This document shows, one piece after another, positions 23,881-36,925 of a stretch of DNA of 64,000 nucleotides; the first letter of the stretch is position 1; every line of letters begins with the position of its first letter. The translations under genes were made by a program, and so were the position numbers. Under the pieces are notes generated by a model. It was not told where the DNA came from and did not search any database. It saw nothing but the letters and a program-made list of their open reading frames with translations. This DNA is from Squalus acanthias (Eukaryota), in contig CM059434.1 in the NCBI GenBank assembly GCA_030390025.1, forward strand, positions 25,978,001 to 26,042,000, given 5' to 3'.

Positions 23881-24987
23881 TGTGCAGTGCTTGCCAGTGT
23901 TTGCAGCACCTCAATGCTGTAGAACACTGACAGCACAAATGTCAAAATAAAGTTGGCCACGGTCCCTTTAAGGAAACCGGCTGATGACGTGTCATCAAAT
24001 GACGTCACCAGACCCGCTTCCTCTAATTGGCCGGGAAACGCGCTGGGCAGGGCTTAACAAGCCCAATCAGGGGAAATTCATTTCAGAGGCCGGGATGGAG
24101 ACAGCAGCGGGGTCGGGACCCGCCACCGACATCGCCCGCCACGGACCCACCGATGTTAACATAATCGCGGCCAATGTGTTTGTTTGGGTGAGATTGTTTC
24201 ATTAAATCCAGCAGGTGGCATTAGTTGTTAAGATATTGTGATGAGCTCTACTGGGCAATATAGAGCACAACTCTGGCAAAATTTAATTTCTGCACAAGGA
24301 GAAACAGAATTGAATCACCCGGATAAACACATTTAACAGACCATATTTAGGGTCATCCCTCTTGGACTATTTTGTGAATTAATGCTGTGGAGCTCAGCCT
24401 TTTCCACATCCATAGTCGGCCTGGATGTGCTCAAACCCAAGATAAAAATCACAGCCATTCCCTCTCATTATCACTCAAATAAGCAATGGAAGAGTTTACA
24501 AACTGCAGCTGAATCGTGGACATATTTCCTTGATTAAAATAACTAGCAAGATGGTTTGCATAAAGCACCCCAGTTAGATGTGGGTAATCACAGCCTGCAG
24601 TCCTGCATTAGTTTTAATGGCCAAAAATTATGCAGGCCGAGAATCAAGTATACAGGCCCCCTCGCTTGAATTCCCAATATGGATTCTCATCACGTAAAGC
24701 TCTGGGCCAGGAGAGCTAAATCATAAAATTTACCCCCATGTTGCATTAAGACAAACATTGGCACCAGATTCTTATTTTTTTTAATGCCTCCCCCTCCTCC
24801 TAGTTAGTTAGTGCCTGTGCTTACAGGGGTACGCTGGCTGGCAAAAGGCAAGGCAAAGGGAGGATGCTGTAAGTAGGCATTGGGCAATTTACCCCGAGAG
24901 AGAGATCACAAATGTTTTGTGTGATAAGACCCATGTGATCCCCGTCTTATATGTTTACAAACACAAGAAGTAATTTAAAGGAAAAAC

Positions 24988-25646
24988 AGGAGTGGAATTT
25001 TTCTTCCCGCAGGGCAGGAGTCCAGCACTTTGTGTGGTTTTTAAGAAGGTAGAAAAGAATCCTTTACACAGGATGGTGACCTGGAAGGGGCTCGAGTTGT
25101 CCATTCCTCTTGTGGACAGGACTTGAAATGACCACCAACAGTGCTTGGAGTCTTGGGGGTAGAAGTTCACTGACGCGCAGTTTTGGACTGGGTTCGAAGG
25201 TGGCAATGGCCTCAGGTAAGTGCCGGAAGAGAGGGGGAGGGGTGCCAATTGAGGCTGGCAGTGGTCCTCAGGAGTGTTATGGAACCGGGAAATGCACTCC
25301 TGCTCCTCCTCGAAAGTAAACATTTTTAATTTTTTTTTTTACTTACTCTTTGGTTGCAGCTGCTTGCTAGGCCGAATCCATACCAGCGGAACATGAACGG
25401 AGGAGGCCCAATGCCTGCTTCACTCAGGGCAGCCCAATTTCCCAGAGGGGTCCTAAAACAGGCATTAGGCCCCTCATTAGCATATGCAAGGAGCCTAACG
25501 CCTGATTTATGCTGTGTCCCGGATGCCTAAGAAATGGCCTGACCCGATATCGGGTCGGACATCTTTCAGGCATCCTTCGGGTGCAGGATGTTGGTCCCCA
25601 AAATTGGCCCTCGTTGCACCCGTTTTACATCGGGTTTCTAGGCCCA
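24988..25646. mobile_element. MITE-like element related to 44366-45070
   Basis: Shares the GGCAGCCCAATTTC...AAACAGG..TTAG block with 44777-44850; decayed GG...AATT termini. Confidence 0.5.
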
Positions 25647-26311
25647 GTGCTTATAGCAAATCATTCAAATAGATAATCGGGAATGATTGCAGCTGACATA
25701 TAATTGTGGGTGAAGATGAGGATTGTTAAGGGAGGCTGGGAGAGCTGAAGGATGATGGAACACAAAGCTTTCAATAAGACGGTAATCTGTAATTGCTGTG
25801 AAGTACATTTTCAATTTACTGTTTGTTATAAAATGGTTTTTTTTACTGAACCACGGGTTTCATGTTTATTTATTCAAAGAATGACACATAGATGTGAACG
25901 TTTTAAATACACTAAGTGGAAGTTGTTTGTCATTCTCGACGGAATTTGTACAAGACAGTTTATTGATTTTGATCATTGCTCGAGCAGTAATGAAGTTAGT
26001 CCTAATGAATATACAGTAATTGCTTTCCATCCTGGTCTCAATTAAAATAGTCATCGAGTTAGAGCACCACTGGCAGTGGGATCCCAATTTCCTTTAATCT
26101 TCTGCATAAGTCATAAGATCAAAGGGATGACTGGATCAAACCACTAAAAACACTATAACTGAGACAGGGCCAAGTGCCATGCTTTGGGGCTTTGCCAGTT
26201 TGAATTTTCCAACGTTCTTTGACCCAAACTTAAATACTGTGCTAGTTTAATAGAAGTGTCACTGCCCAGGCCTCAAGATGTTGAAAAAATGGCTTCAACA
26301 GATGTGTGTCT

Positions 26312-27290
26312 TGGCTCAGTGGTAACACTCTTGCCTTGAAGTCAAAAGGTTGTGGGTTCTAGCCCCATTCCAGAGATCTGAGCACATAATCCAGGCTGAC
26401 ACAGATTCAGTACAGTATTGAGTGAGTGCTGCACCGTTGGTGGTGTCTTTCAGACTGCTCTGGGGAAAAAATGCAGGGAAGTTCTCCCAGTGTCCTGGCC
26501 AATATTTATCCCTCAATCGTAAGAATATATGAAATAGAAGCAGGAGTCGGACATTCGGCCCTTCGAGTCTGCTCCGCCATTCAATAAGATCATGGCTGAT
26601 TGTACACCTCAACTCCACTTTCCCACCCCATCCCCATATCCCTTAGTAGCGAAAAATCTAGCGATCTCTCTCTTGAATATACTCAACGACTGAGCATCCA
26701 CAGCCTCCTGGGGTTGGGAATTCCAAAGATTCACAACCCTTTGAATGAAGAAATTTCACCTCATCCCAGTCCAAAATGGCTGACCCCTTATTCTGAGACT
26801 GTGAGCCCCAGTTCTAAACTCCTCAGCCAGGGGAAACATCTACCCTGTCAAGCCCCTTATGAATTTTATACATTGCAATGAGATTACCTCTCATTCTCCT
26901 AAATTCTGGAGAATATAGGCCTAGTCTACTCAATCTCTCCTCATAGGACAATCCCCCATCCCAGGAACCAGTCTGGTGAACCTTCATTGTACTCCCTCTA
27001 AGGCAAGTATATCCTTCCTTAGGTAAGGAGACCAAACCTGTACCCAATACTCCAGGTGTGGTCTCACCAAGGCTCTATATAATTGGAGTAAGACTTCTTT
27101 ACTCTTATACTCCAATTCCTTTGTAATACCACGTAATCAACACCACTAAAAAAGTTTGCTTGCTCATTGTGATCTTGCTGTGTGCAAATTGCCTGCCGTG
27201 GTTCCTTACACTGCAACAGTGACTGCACTTCAAAAGTACTTCAGTAGCTGTAAAGCAACTTGGGACATCCTGAGGACGTGAAAGGTGCCT
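26312..27290 (+). mobile_element. Deu-domain SINE split by a CR1 insertion
   Basis: Head TGGCTCAGTGG at 26312; SINE breaks at CCCTCAATC and resumes AATCAACACCACTAAAA near 27134. Confidence 0.8.
26520..27133 (-). mobile_element. CR1 LINE 3' end nested in the SINE
   Basis: LSYEERLSRLGLYSPEFRRMRGNLI on the minus strand; CR1 tail at the left end; AATC duplication. Confidence 0.88.
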
Positions 27291-27560
27291 TAACAAGAAG
27301 TTATCACTGAATCCAACCGACTTAATAAAGATGCACATTGAATGACGGGAAAATATGTATTGCTAGCTGATGCAGGATAGTATTTAATAGAAACAGTCCC
27401 TGCAATTTGAAGAAAAATATGTAACTTTTCTTAATTAAATCTAATTGAGGAGCTGGAGCTTTTTTTTCTAAAAAAAAATGGAATTAGCTCCATGAATTAT
27501 TTTTTCAAGAAAAATATGTATGCTTCTTTAAATTGCAGGAATAAGGATTAAAGCATATTA

Positions 27561-27791
<231 letters not shown>

Positions 27792-30700
27792 TTAAAATTG
27801 CTGGCCAGGCCCTTGCAATGGTGATTCACTCTAATCATTTATATGATTATGTAATGTTATCCAATAACAAACCTCTGAGACAGCAACCATGTTCTGAAAA
27901 TTAAAAATAAAACAAAAAAAACAAAAATATATTACTAATCACTTAGTTCAATGGCTTTTGCCAACCATTCAAAGGGCTACTGAACCTACTCCAAATGTAG
28001 ATATGTTATTACACAGCCACAGTGGCAGGGTTATATAATCTGTACTGCGGACCACACTGAATAATATTTTCGTGAGTCAAGGGTCTCTATTGTTATACTG
28101 TACTGTTTTTTTGAGTCAGAGACCCCCATTGTTCAACTATTTAAGACAGGTCCTGGTATCACAAACTTAAAACACACAATTTCTCAAACTAGCATCTAAA
28201 CACACGTATACACTGGCAAATCTGTGTTTTCTATTAAAACAATTTTGTTGGCCCAATTGTAATTTTGTTATGTCTTGTTCTGCACAGTTCAACACTGCAG
28301 CAATTTGACCACATGCTACTACACTTGATAACATAATGAGCCATTCACTGGTCTGTCTCACAAGTGAAGTAGAATCAGAGCGTTTATTATTTCCATCTCA
28401 CTTTCCCACCATTGAAACATTTTTTTCCTCCTCCCTCTGGGTTTGCACATCTTCCCACCATCTGTGTCGTGCACCAGTCCCTGACTGGTATCCAATGTAT
28501 AGTGGCAGCAGGATGAAGACTTCATTATGAATTGAGTCATTTTATTAAAATATACCAGAGGGCCCAAACATGGACTTTGTTTTACTGCCACTAAATAATA
28601 GCAGTAATGGGTAAAAACACATGGGTCACTGCCAACGTGACAGACTGACGCACATTACACATCCCCAATATCTGTAGTGTGGTAGGTTTGCTAACATTTA
28701 TCAGCAAATCAGAGATTTGGGGAGGAAATTACACATGTAAAGTACCGTTCACAAATATGCTATGCTTGTGCATGACCTTTTAAAACAGTTATTTAGCGTT
28801 GCCCCACACAGAACTTCTCACATTAATGGTTAAAGCACCATGCCGGTAAGTGTGAGCAAATTGCCACATGGGTACAGGCAAGAGGGGAATGGGAGAGCTT
28901 CAGCCAATCAGCTGGCGAGCGCCATGAAGTACAAGTGGGATGATTTAAACAGCAGGGAAATATATATCTAAAAAAAAATAAACTCACTTTTGAAAGTAGT
29001 TCTGCACTACAAATAGAGCACTAGTCTAGTGAGTAAGCAACCTGTTCCTCAGTGTCTGCAAAAGCTCTTTGTAATTGGCTGGCAAGTAGAGGGCAAGAGT
29101 GCTCTCAGTTGCCTCGATGTCTTTTCTGTCTCTTTGTCTGCCAGCCCAACAGAGACTGGAACTCGCTATGTGGGGAAATCACACGTTCGAACTACACATC
29201 CTATAACTTCATTATGCAACACCATTGTACATCTGCGCACCCATCCCATATGTTAATAAATTTGAATTTAGAAAAATAAAAAAGGATTCACAGGCAAAAT
29301 ATAGCTCTGCGTATGTAACTCAAATGACTACCCATATGCAGCTGCCGTCATTTCTCATGTTAGTTCAAAGGTCAACCACAACAGAAGTGAAACACTAGCC
29401 ATGAACCCAGAGTAAATCATTGTGTTTACCCAAGTAATCAATCTTCCTTCTGCCTGTCTTACAGGTTACTTGACAGAATGTAGGTTTGAATGAAAACTAT
29501 GCTTTCTTATGGATGCATTGAGAAAATATAACTGCCAGTATTTATTTCAAAAATATATTCTTTGATAGGAGGCTGTATTGAGGTGGCTATTGTCTCTGTA
29601 GCTTTTCCATGCTGGTTTTGGACTGTGGCATTCATTAAATATTTATTTTTTTCAAATAGATGGCAGATAACAACTGGTGCAGGTGTGTATTTTCTCAAAC
29701 AAAGGAAGTAAGATAAATGAGTGCAGTCATGGTCCTTCGCTTCATTGACTACTTTGCATGTTTCCACATCAAACATGTTCTGGAAAACATCCAAGTAAGC
29801 ACTACAAAGAGCAGCATACAAATGCAGCAAGGTACCGTTAACCCATTAGCACAAAGAGCCTCAGAATCGACATCAATTTTTAGAATTAAATATTGTAAAC
29901 CTATCCGCAAGTCTGCAGTTAAGCTGGTGGTAATGATTGGGATCAATTTCTATTATGTTACATTTTAAAATTCCTCACATACTGTTAACAGGCTCAAATG
30001 CTCTCAGAACTCTGAAATAAAAATCCCCATGCTCTTGAGAGGAACAGATTATGGGTGTCTGGATTAACTTGGTTGTTATTCTTTAGGCCAAAAGCAATTG
30101 AAGATGAGCTTTTAGACTGATGTAGACTTTGGATTCAAGTTTTGATCACATGAAATTCCAGTATATGTACTCCTGAGAGACAGTCTTCTTAAACTGCTAG
30201 GGAACACTGGATATATCACTATTATCCATAAGGAAAACTGAACAAACACGATTACATTTCCAGGGCAACTGGATGGGTCGATACATATCCACTAAAATTG
30301 TTTGGAAACAATACTAAACCCGTTTAAAAAATAATTCTGCATAAAAGCATCAAATTCTTAATTCTCATTCTATTGCAGCCTGATACTAGCAGCCTGCCAA
30401 ACAAGGTAGTGTACTAAAGAGCTCCATCAGTATACAAATATCGGATACATTTTCTCTTTCAAATGTGAAGGATCCAAAATTTAGATCTGTGAATTCACCA
30501 GAAATGAGCAAATATGGTTTGCTTCAGATCCCGCGAGCTTATCCTCAATTCAGGGCCGCTTCACTTTGGATATCATGGTAATTGTTTTAGAAATGTTGGA
30601 TTAACAAAATCTGACTTCAGCTGAATGGACTGGAACAGATTCAATCTAGAAAATGCAATACAGCAGAATGTTCAAAACGCCTAAAGCCACAGAATACGGT

Positions 30701-31017
30701 CTAATTTGTCTTCTGAATCATTTAGATTTTATAATCGGCTTGTCCTAGCATTTTATTGCAGTGTTAAAATGTTGATGGATAGAATAATCTGCAGATACTG
30801 GGGAAGGACTATTAGTGGGTAGCTAATGATTGAATAATACAAATGTTAATACGGAAGGGGCATGAGACCTGTATCAGGATCATTCAAGAGAACATTGTTA
30901 GATTGCATTGGGAATTGAGAGTTAATGAAAAGTGACCTACTTAAGCATAACCAGTAATCCTTAACATTTATAATTATTCAATTAAACTGCAACACTTGAC
31001 GCTGCACTGCACACTAG

Positions 31018-32684
31018 GGGCTGAATTTTGCCGGCGCTCAGAGGGCGGGTTTGGAGGCAGGTCCGCTGTCAAAATCAAAAACTCTGAACCCGCCTCCTTG
31101 TCAGTTTCCCAAGTGCCGGCGCGCCATTCAATTGTGCTTGTTAGGAGGGTGTTTAAAGTAATTAAATCACCATTTTCCCAGTTCCAAAGCATTTTGCCAA
31201 GTTTTCCCCGAGGTTCCCGTCGCTCGGGGATCACACCAGGTAAGTATGTCGGGTTCTGAACAACTCTCCATTTCTTTCAATAGGTAACAGCTGCAAAAGT
31301 GGTTTGAAACCTGTCATTTTACAGCTGGTCAGTTTCCAATCTCAGAAGCTTCAGCCTTCAGTATTTAGAACCCACTTTTACTTTTGAAGTGTTTGGAGTA
31401 ATCTCTCTATCCAATGTCACCTCCTCGGAACAACCTATCTCAGCATTGACAAATTACTTCTGTCATCTCAATCTCACCTGCCATCTATTCTATCAGCATC
31501 GGTGCCCTTGAAAAAAATCTCACCTTGGTCCTCAGAATGCCAAAACGATCAGCCCCAACACCAGCATCACCGGGCACACCAGGAGCACCAACATCCAGAC
31601 CAGCCTTCTCCGCAATCACCTGATGCTGCACTGGCCACAGGGCATCATCGCCCGTGCACAATGCTGCCCGGGACACCAGCGATGGACTCACCATGTCCAG
31701 ATTAGCTTCACTTAACACTGTACACCCTGGCTGCTACATGATGCACCAGATTGGCACCACCCCACACCACCACCATAAAGCATCCCTGCAATGCCCAAGC
31801 CATTGCTTTCACACTCATCAGCATTGGGGGGGGGGGCACACACAAATCTGTCCAAGAATGCAAAGTGTTGAAAATAAAGATTTCAATGTTTGACACCACA
31901 TTAACAGAAACTTCACATGAACATTGGCTAAACCAGGCCTACCCTTGTGTGTTGTTAGTTGGTATGCTTGCACTAGGATGAGGGTGAGTGTGAGGGGTGG
32001 CTAGTGAGATAGGGATGTGATAATGTAGATAGAGAGGGATGGGTGGAGGTGCAAAGTAAGTTGGTGTGAGTAAGGTTGTGCAGGAGTAGGGTAGGGAAGG
32101 CAGAGTGATGGGAATGTGATGAGTGGCACAGCAGAATAAGGTTGAGTGTGGTTTGGCAGTAACATTTCGTGATCTACTGAGATCATTGAAAGGTTTGCGC
32201 CACTGCAGCCTGCTCCTCCTGATGACATCCCTGCTTGTGTCCTCCTGTGCAATGTGCAACCAGGCTGCGTTGGTCTCCTGGGGAGGTCTCTTCCACCCAT
32301 TGGAAGGGAAGAGAACCTCCCTGCGTGCTGTGACTCCCTCATAAGCAGATGGAGGGAGTAATGGGAGAGCCTGGGTGCAGCCGTGCTACCTTTGTGCAGT
32401 GCTTGTCAGTGTTTCCAGCACCTCAATGCTGCAGAACACTGACAGCAGAACTGTCAAAATCAATTTGGACATGGCCCCTTTAAGGAAACCGGCTGATGAC
32501 GCGTCATCAAATGACGTCATCGGACCCGCTTCCTATTAATTGGCCGGGAACCTCGCAAGGCGGGCTTAACAAGGCCCTTCATCAGAATATCTTGTTGGAG
32601 GCCGGGATCGAGACAGATGCGAGGTCCCCACATGCCACCGACGTCACCCACCCCGGACCCGCCGAGGTTGGAAAAATGCAGCCC
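31018..32684. mobile_element. PIF/Harbinger-type non-autonomous element (1667 bp)
   Basis: TIR GGGCTGAATTTT / AAAATGCAGCCC; 3-bp TSD TAG; disrupted Myb/SANT coding on minus (HIAQEDTSRDVIRRSRLQWRKPFNDL); Q/H-rich transposase-like N-terminal remnant on plus. Confidence 0.82.
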
Positions 32685-32847
32685 TAGGTGTCTGGGTAGT
32701 GAGGCATGATATAACTGGAAAAAACACTGTTTTCTCCGAGTCTGGGAACACTGTAAAACCCAGAAGTTGCAGCTCATCAAAAAGTATGAGATAGATGCGT
32801 GCAGCACTGAGGAGCCAAGCAGTAAAAGAAACCATACAGTGGTGGAT

Positions 32848-33072
32848 TACATAGAATTTTACAGCACATAAACAGGCCATTCGGCCCAATAGGTCTATGC
32901 TGGTGTTTAGGTTCCACATGAGCCTCCTCCATTCTTACTTCATCTCACCCAATCAACATATCTTATTCCTTTCTCCCTCATGTACCTATCTAGACTCCGC
33001 TTAAATACATCTACGCTACTCACCTCAACCACTCCATGTGGAAGTGAATTCCGCATTCTCACCACTCTCTGA
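32848..33072 (-). mobile_element. CR1 LINE 3' tail fragment
   Basis: ACATAGAATTTACAGCACATAAACAGGCCATTCGGCCC tail motif shared with other CR1 copies. Confidence 0.75.
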
Positions 33073-33257
33073 ATAAATAACGTTGCACTTAACTAACAGA
33101 CTGTTATAGTACCTGCTATATATCATAAACATTATTGGCACAGACCAAATAATTCGTTATACAAATGAGACTAGTGCCTTGAATCACTGCTTCTAAATAT
33201 CAGCATCCAAACCTTTAATGCATTTGTGCAAAATTCCTATTCCTGCTATTTCACAAT

Positions 33258-33562
33258 CTGGAAATAAGAAGCTAATATCAGTAAAAAAAAATACCAGGAA
33301 GCTGTTGGATTGTTATTAAAACCCGAGCTGGTTCGCTAATGTCATTTAGGGAAGGGAGCCTGCAGTCTTTACCCAGTCTGGCCTATATGTGACTCCCACA
33401 ACAAGGTGGTTGACTCTAAGCCACCCTCAGAAGTGGCCTAGCAAGCCACTCAGTTGTATCAAACTGCTAGATGGCCCACCACCAGCTTCTCAGGGCAATT
33501 AGGGATGGGCAATAAATGCTGGCCTTGCCAGCGACGCCCACATCCCAAGAATGAAAAAAAAA
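33258..33562 (+). mobile_element. Meta-domain (MER131-like) SINE with LINE-derived tail
   Basis: CTGGTTCGCTAATGTCATTTAGGGAAGG...CTGGCCTATATGTGACTCC...GTGGCCTAGCAAGCCACTCAGTTG, tail GGGATGGGCAATAAATGCTGGCC, poly-A; partial minus copy at ~62740-62840. Confidence 0.65.
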
Positions 33563-35247
33563 TGAGACATTAATGCATTTATTTCAAATGGGTGAGCCTT
33601 CCCTTAAAATAGAGAGATTAATTTCATATGCTAACATTCAAAGAGCTCAATTTCAAGGCAAGAGTGATCTATCCCAGTGATTGTCTCTCACCTTACATTT
33701 TTTCTAATTTTGGACATAGGCACCCTGAAATTTGTTTGGTCTAAATTTGACTCTAAAATTAGAAAAGGGGAACAAAATTAGCCTCCTTAAATCACTGCAG
33801 AATAGGGTGCCTTCAAAGTACAGCTTTTTCTTCAATTGCATAGGAAACCTATCCCTCAGTCATGCAGCCTTCTTGACCACCAGTGGGAAAAGTACATTGG
33901 ATACATAACCCCAACCCCTCCCCATCCAGACATCAGACCACCAGACAAGCAATCTGTTCAGATACCCAGTTACTCAGCCACTAATACCAGAATACCACAC
34001 AACAAAATAAGTACGTAAAAATATTTCCGCTAATAGCGCATGTAAAGGATCGGTTCTTTTCATTCAATGTACGGACCGACACAGCTACATCATCCTCCTT
34101 TACTTGTAATTTGTCTGGTGGATTAACTAAATAAACTGCAGGTTTCCTTAAAAGGTATCTTGTGATAACCTTCCTTAACACGGAATGTAAATGTCACATT
34201 TTGAGACCGTTACCTCATTTGAATTGAATAATGTCAAAAATGGCACAAAATGTTAGGATTCTGATTAGATGGAAGAGGTAATAATAAAAAGACGATAAAT
34301 TTGTTGACCAGTAATTGATAAGTCGCAAAATTGTAATATTTCATAGTCATTTGACATTTGTATAGTGCACTGCATAAATACATATGTAAGTTACACAGCA
34401 TTAGTCATATCTCAAATGCTGCAACTGTAATGGGAATCCCTGCAGTAAAACATTTAACTCTTTCACTATTGCAGGTGCAATATGGCCTTGTTTCTACTGC
34501 ACCCTCAGTAGCCAACAGATCACCTAAAGGTGCGGTTATTACAATCTCAATTAGACATTTGAAAAATACACCCCATCCTGAACTTTTAGAAAAAAATGAT
34601 TATGTATAAAGGATTTTTTTTGAACTCGCTACGTACTACCTGGCCTCACAAACGAGGCTGGCAGCCTCTCACTGTTTCCGAAGCTAGGTGCGGAAAGGTT
34701 GCATTTTGTTCCATAGTCTCCGCTCACGGTATCCTCTGTCGCTTACCACTTTGATTAAGCAGGCGGGCGCTTAGAGGCAAGTCTAAGTGACGAACTATCA
34801 CATTGCCGCCATTAGCCGTGGAAATGTCGAGAAAATGGGAGGTCTGACTGGGGAACAGCCACTTATGGTGCCTTCAATTTTCATCAATAGAAAAATAAAT
34901 AGTAAGGTTTCAGATAAATGGTTGAGGATAATGCCACTTTGGAGCTCTATATTCCTCTAAAAGCCAAATGGTTTACAAGAACTAAGGACAATATCAATAT
35001 TTCTTGTTTATCTCAATTTCTATTTATTTTATAAATACTTGTATTACCAGCCAGAATTGATGAGCTTATTCAACTGGCCTGAAGGAGTCGCTCTAAAGTG
35101 AAGTGAATTAGCACAGTAGAAGTGCCGAATGTTCGGAAGCACCTTGGGTATAGATGTAAATAGGTTTTTTATGCATAAGGTAGCATAACAGCAGTTGAAG
35201 ATAACAGTAATAAGGACAGATGCATCACAAAAATTACGTTCTTAACT

Positions 35248-35710
35248 GGGTCAGAAATTCCACAGGTCACACGGGGATTGTGCTCAATGGTACCCTCCAG
35301 CGCTGACCCCACTTGGATTTGCAGGGTCAGTGGGAGGGAAGCACATTTACATGGGATAGGCAGGTGCAAGCATCACTTTAGGTGCATCTCCAGCAGCCTT
35401 GTGGAGGTAGGAGGGCTCCCCTGACCCCGGTCATGGTGCAAGGGGGTCGTTCTGTCCAATTATTTTTTATATTCTAATCTTCATGGGTCAAGCTCCTTAA
35501 CTGGCCTGGACCCCACTGGTGGGGCACACATCTGCCTTTGTGGAGGCCAGTATGCCTTACCTCGAATTGGTGCATTATCCTCCACGCAAAGGCCTGAAGA
35601 GTGGGAACTCCCTGGCTCTTGGCTGCCATTTGCCTTGTAAGGAGCAGATCAAGGTTCTGGTCCAGAAACTGCAAGTGACCCAGTAGAACCCCCAAGGAAT
35701 TTCAGGACCC
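35248..35710. mobile_element. MITE with GGGTC..GAAATTCC TIRs; a related inverted copy at ~63697-64000
   Basis: TIR GGGTCAGAAATTCC / GGAATTTCAGGACCC; its reverse complement aligns with 63697-63985. Confidence 0.6.
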
Positions 35711-35994
35711 TTAGAAATCAGTGTTGTGGTATCAATAGGCAGAGTGTAGAAGAAGCAGGTCATTGAGCCAAATAGCTTTTCCCAGTCTATATTTTTCTGT
35801 GTTCTTCCTATGGCCAAATGCACTTGCCAACAATCATGTTGATTGATGTTCCACAAAGCTTGGTGACCTTTAATACATGACTGTTTGATTTTAACCAATC
35901 ATCGATATTTACTGCTAACTCCTGAGCCCTGTTGTTCACAATAATCTGACACTCATGTAGACTTTATCTACATTTTTTTCTCACAATGATTAAC

Positions 35995-36925
35995 GGTTAA
36001 TGGTGTGTCCCAAGGATCTGTGCTGGGATCTCTCGTTTTCTATTTATATTAATGATTTGGACAATAACAGAAGATGGCTAATATTGCAGTCTGCTGATGA
36101 TACCAAATTAGAGGACATGATAAACGGTGAGGAAGAATGCAAGAAGCTGCAGGAGATCGCACAGGTGACAGACGCAGTTCGATGTAAAGAAATGTGCAGT
36201 AGTACATTTTGAGAAAAATTGAAAGAACAGAGTGGAGCAATAGAGATACCTGAGGGTGCAAATACATTGAGCTTTAAAGGTGAGAGGGTAGGTAGAAAAG
36301 GCTATAAAAAATGGGCAATGGGATTCAGTGTTTTATATACAGACAAACTATATACAAAAGCAAGAGGTAATTTTTAATTTGTAGACATTGATGAAGCCAA
36401 ATTTGCAATACTGCATTTAGTTCTGGACACTGCATTATAGGACAAATATTTGAGCCATGGAAAGGGTACAGTGAAGATTCTCGAGAATTATATCAGGAAT
36501 GAAAGGTTATAGCTATGAAAGCGGGCTTGAAAATTAGTTTTTTTTTCCCCCCATGAGCACAGAAAGTTAAGAAGAACTAATGGAGGGTTTCAAAATTATG
36601 AAAGATTTTGAGAGAGTAAATAATGGTTGTCAAATTGGTAACAAGCGGGCACAGACTCAGGATTATTACTAGAAGAATGAAGGGGGAAGTTGGAAGGACT
36701 TTTATCACACAAAAGGTTTTAGAACTTGGATCATTTTACCAAAGTGGCCACTGAGTCCATGACACCATTTATGAACAATTGGTTAAATATTTGAAAGGGA
36801 AGAATATAAAAGGATATATGAGGAAAGGGCAGGGAAACGGGATTAGAGTAGGTAGCTTCAGTTGAAGAGCTAGCAGTGGTACTGGCACAATCGGCCAAAT
36901 GGTCCCTTTCTGTGCTGTAATTTCT
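35995..36925 (+). mobile_element. Old degenerate CR1 LINE 3' part
   Basis: FSIYINDLD...ADDTKL RT motifs with frameshifts; CR1 tail near 36890-36925. Confidence 0.8.

Larger units (their letters stand above)
21338..24172. mobile_element. PIF/Harbinger-type internally deleted transposon with a Myb/SANT-like ORF; carries nested CR1 and HE1 SINE insertions
   Basis: Homologous to 31018-32684; minus ORF 23556-24008 has APRLSHDSLHMLMEGVTARREVLFP...AWLHIAEE...RRTWMQCHKRFNNL; GG termini flanked by ACT / AAT; left boundary uncertain. Confidence 0.75.

Noticed and set aside
28074-28540. Three TGAGTCA (AP-1) motifs
   Set aside because: Seven-mer matches without conservation data are too weak to call a regulatory element.
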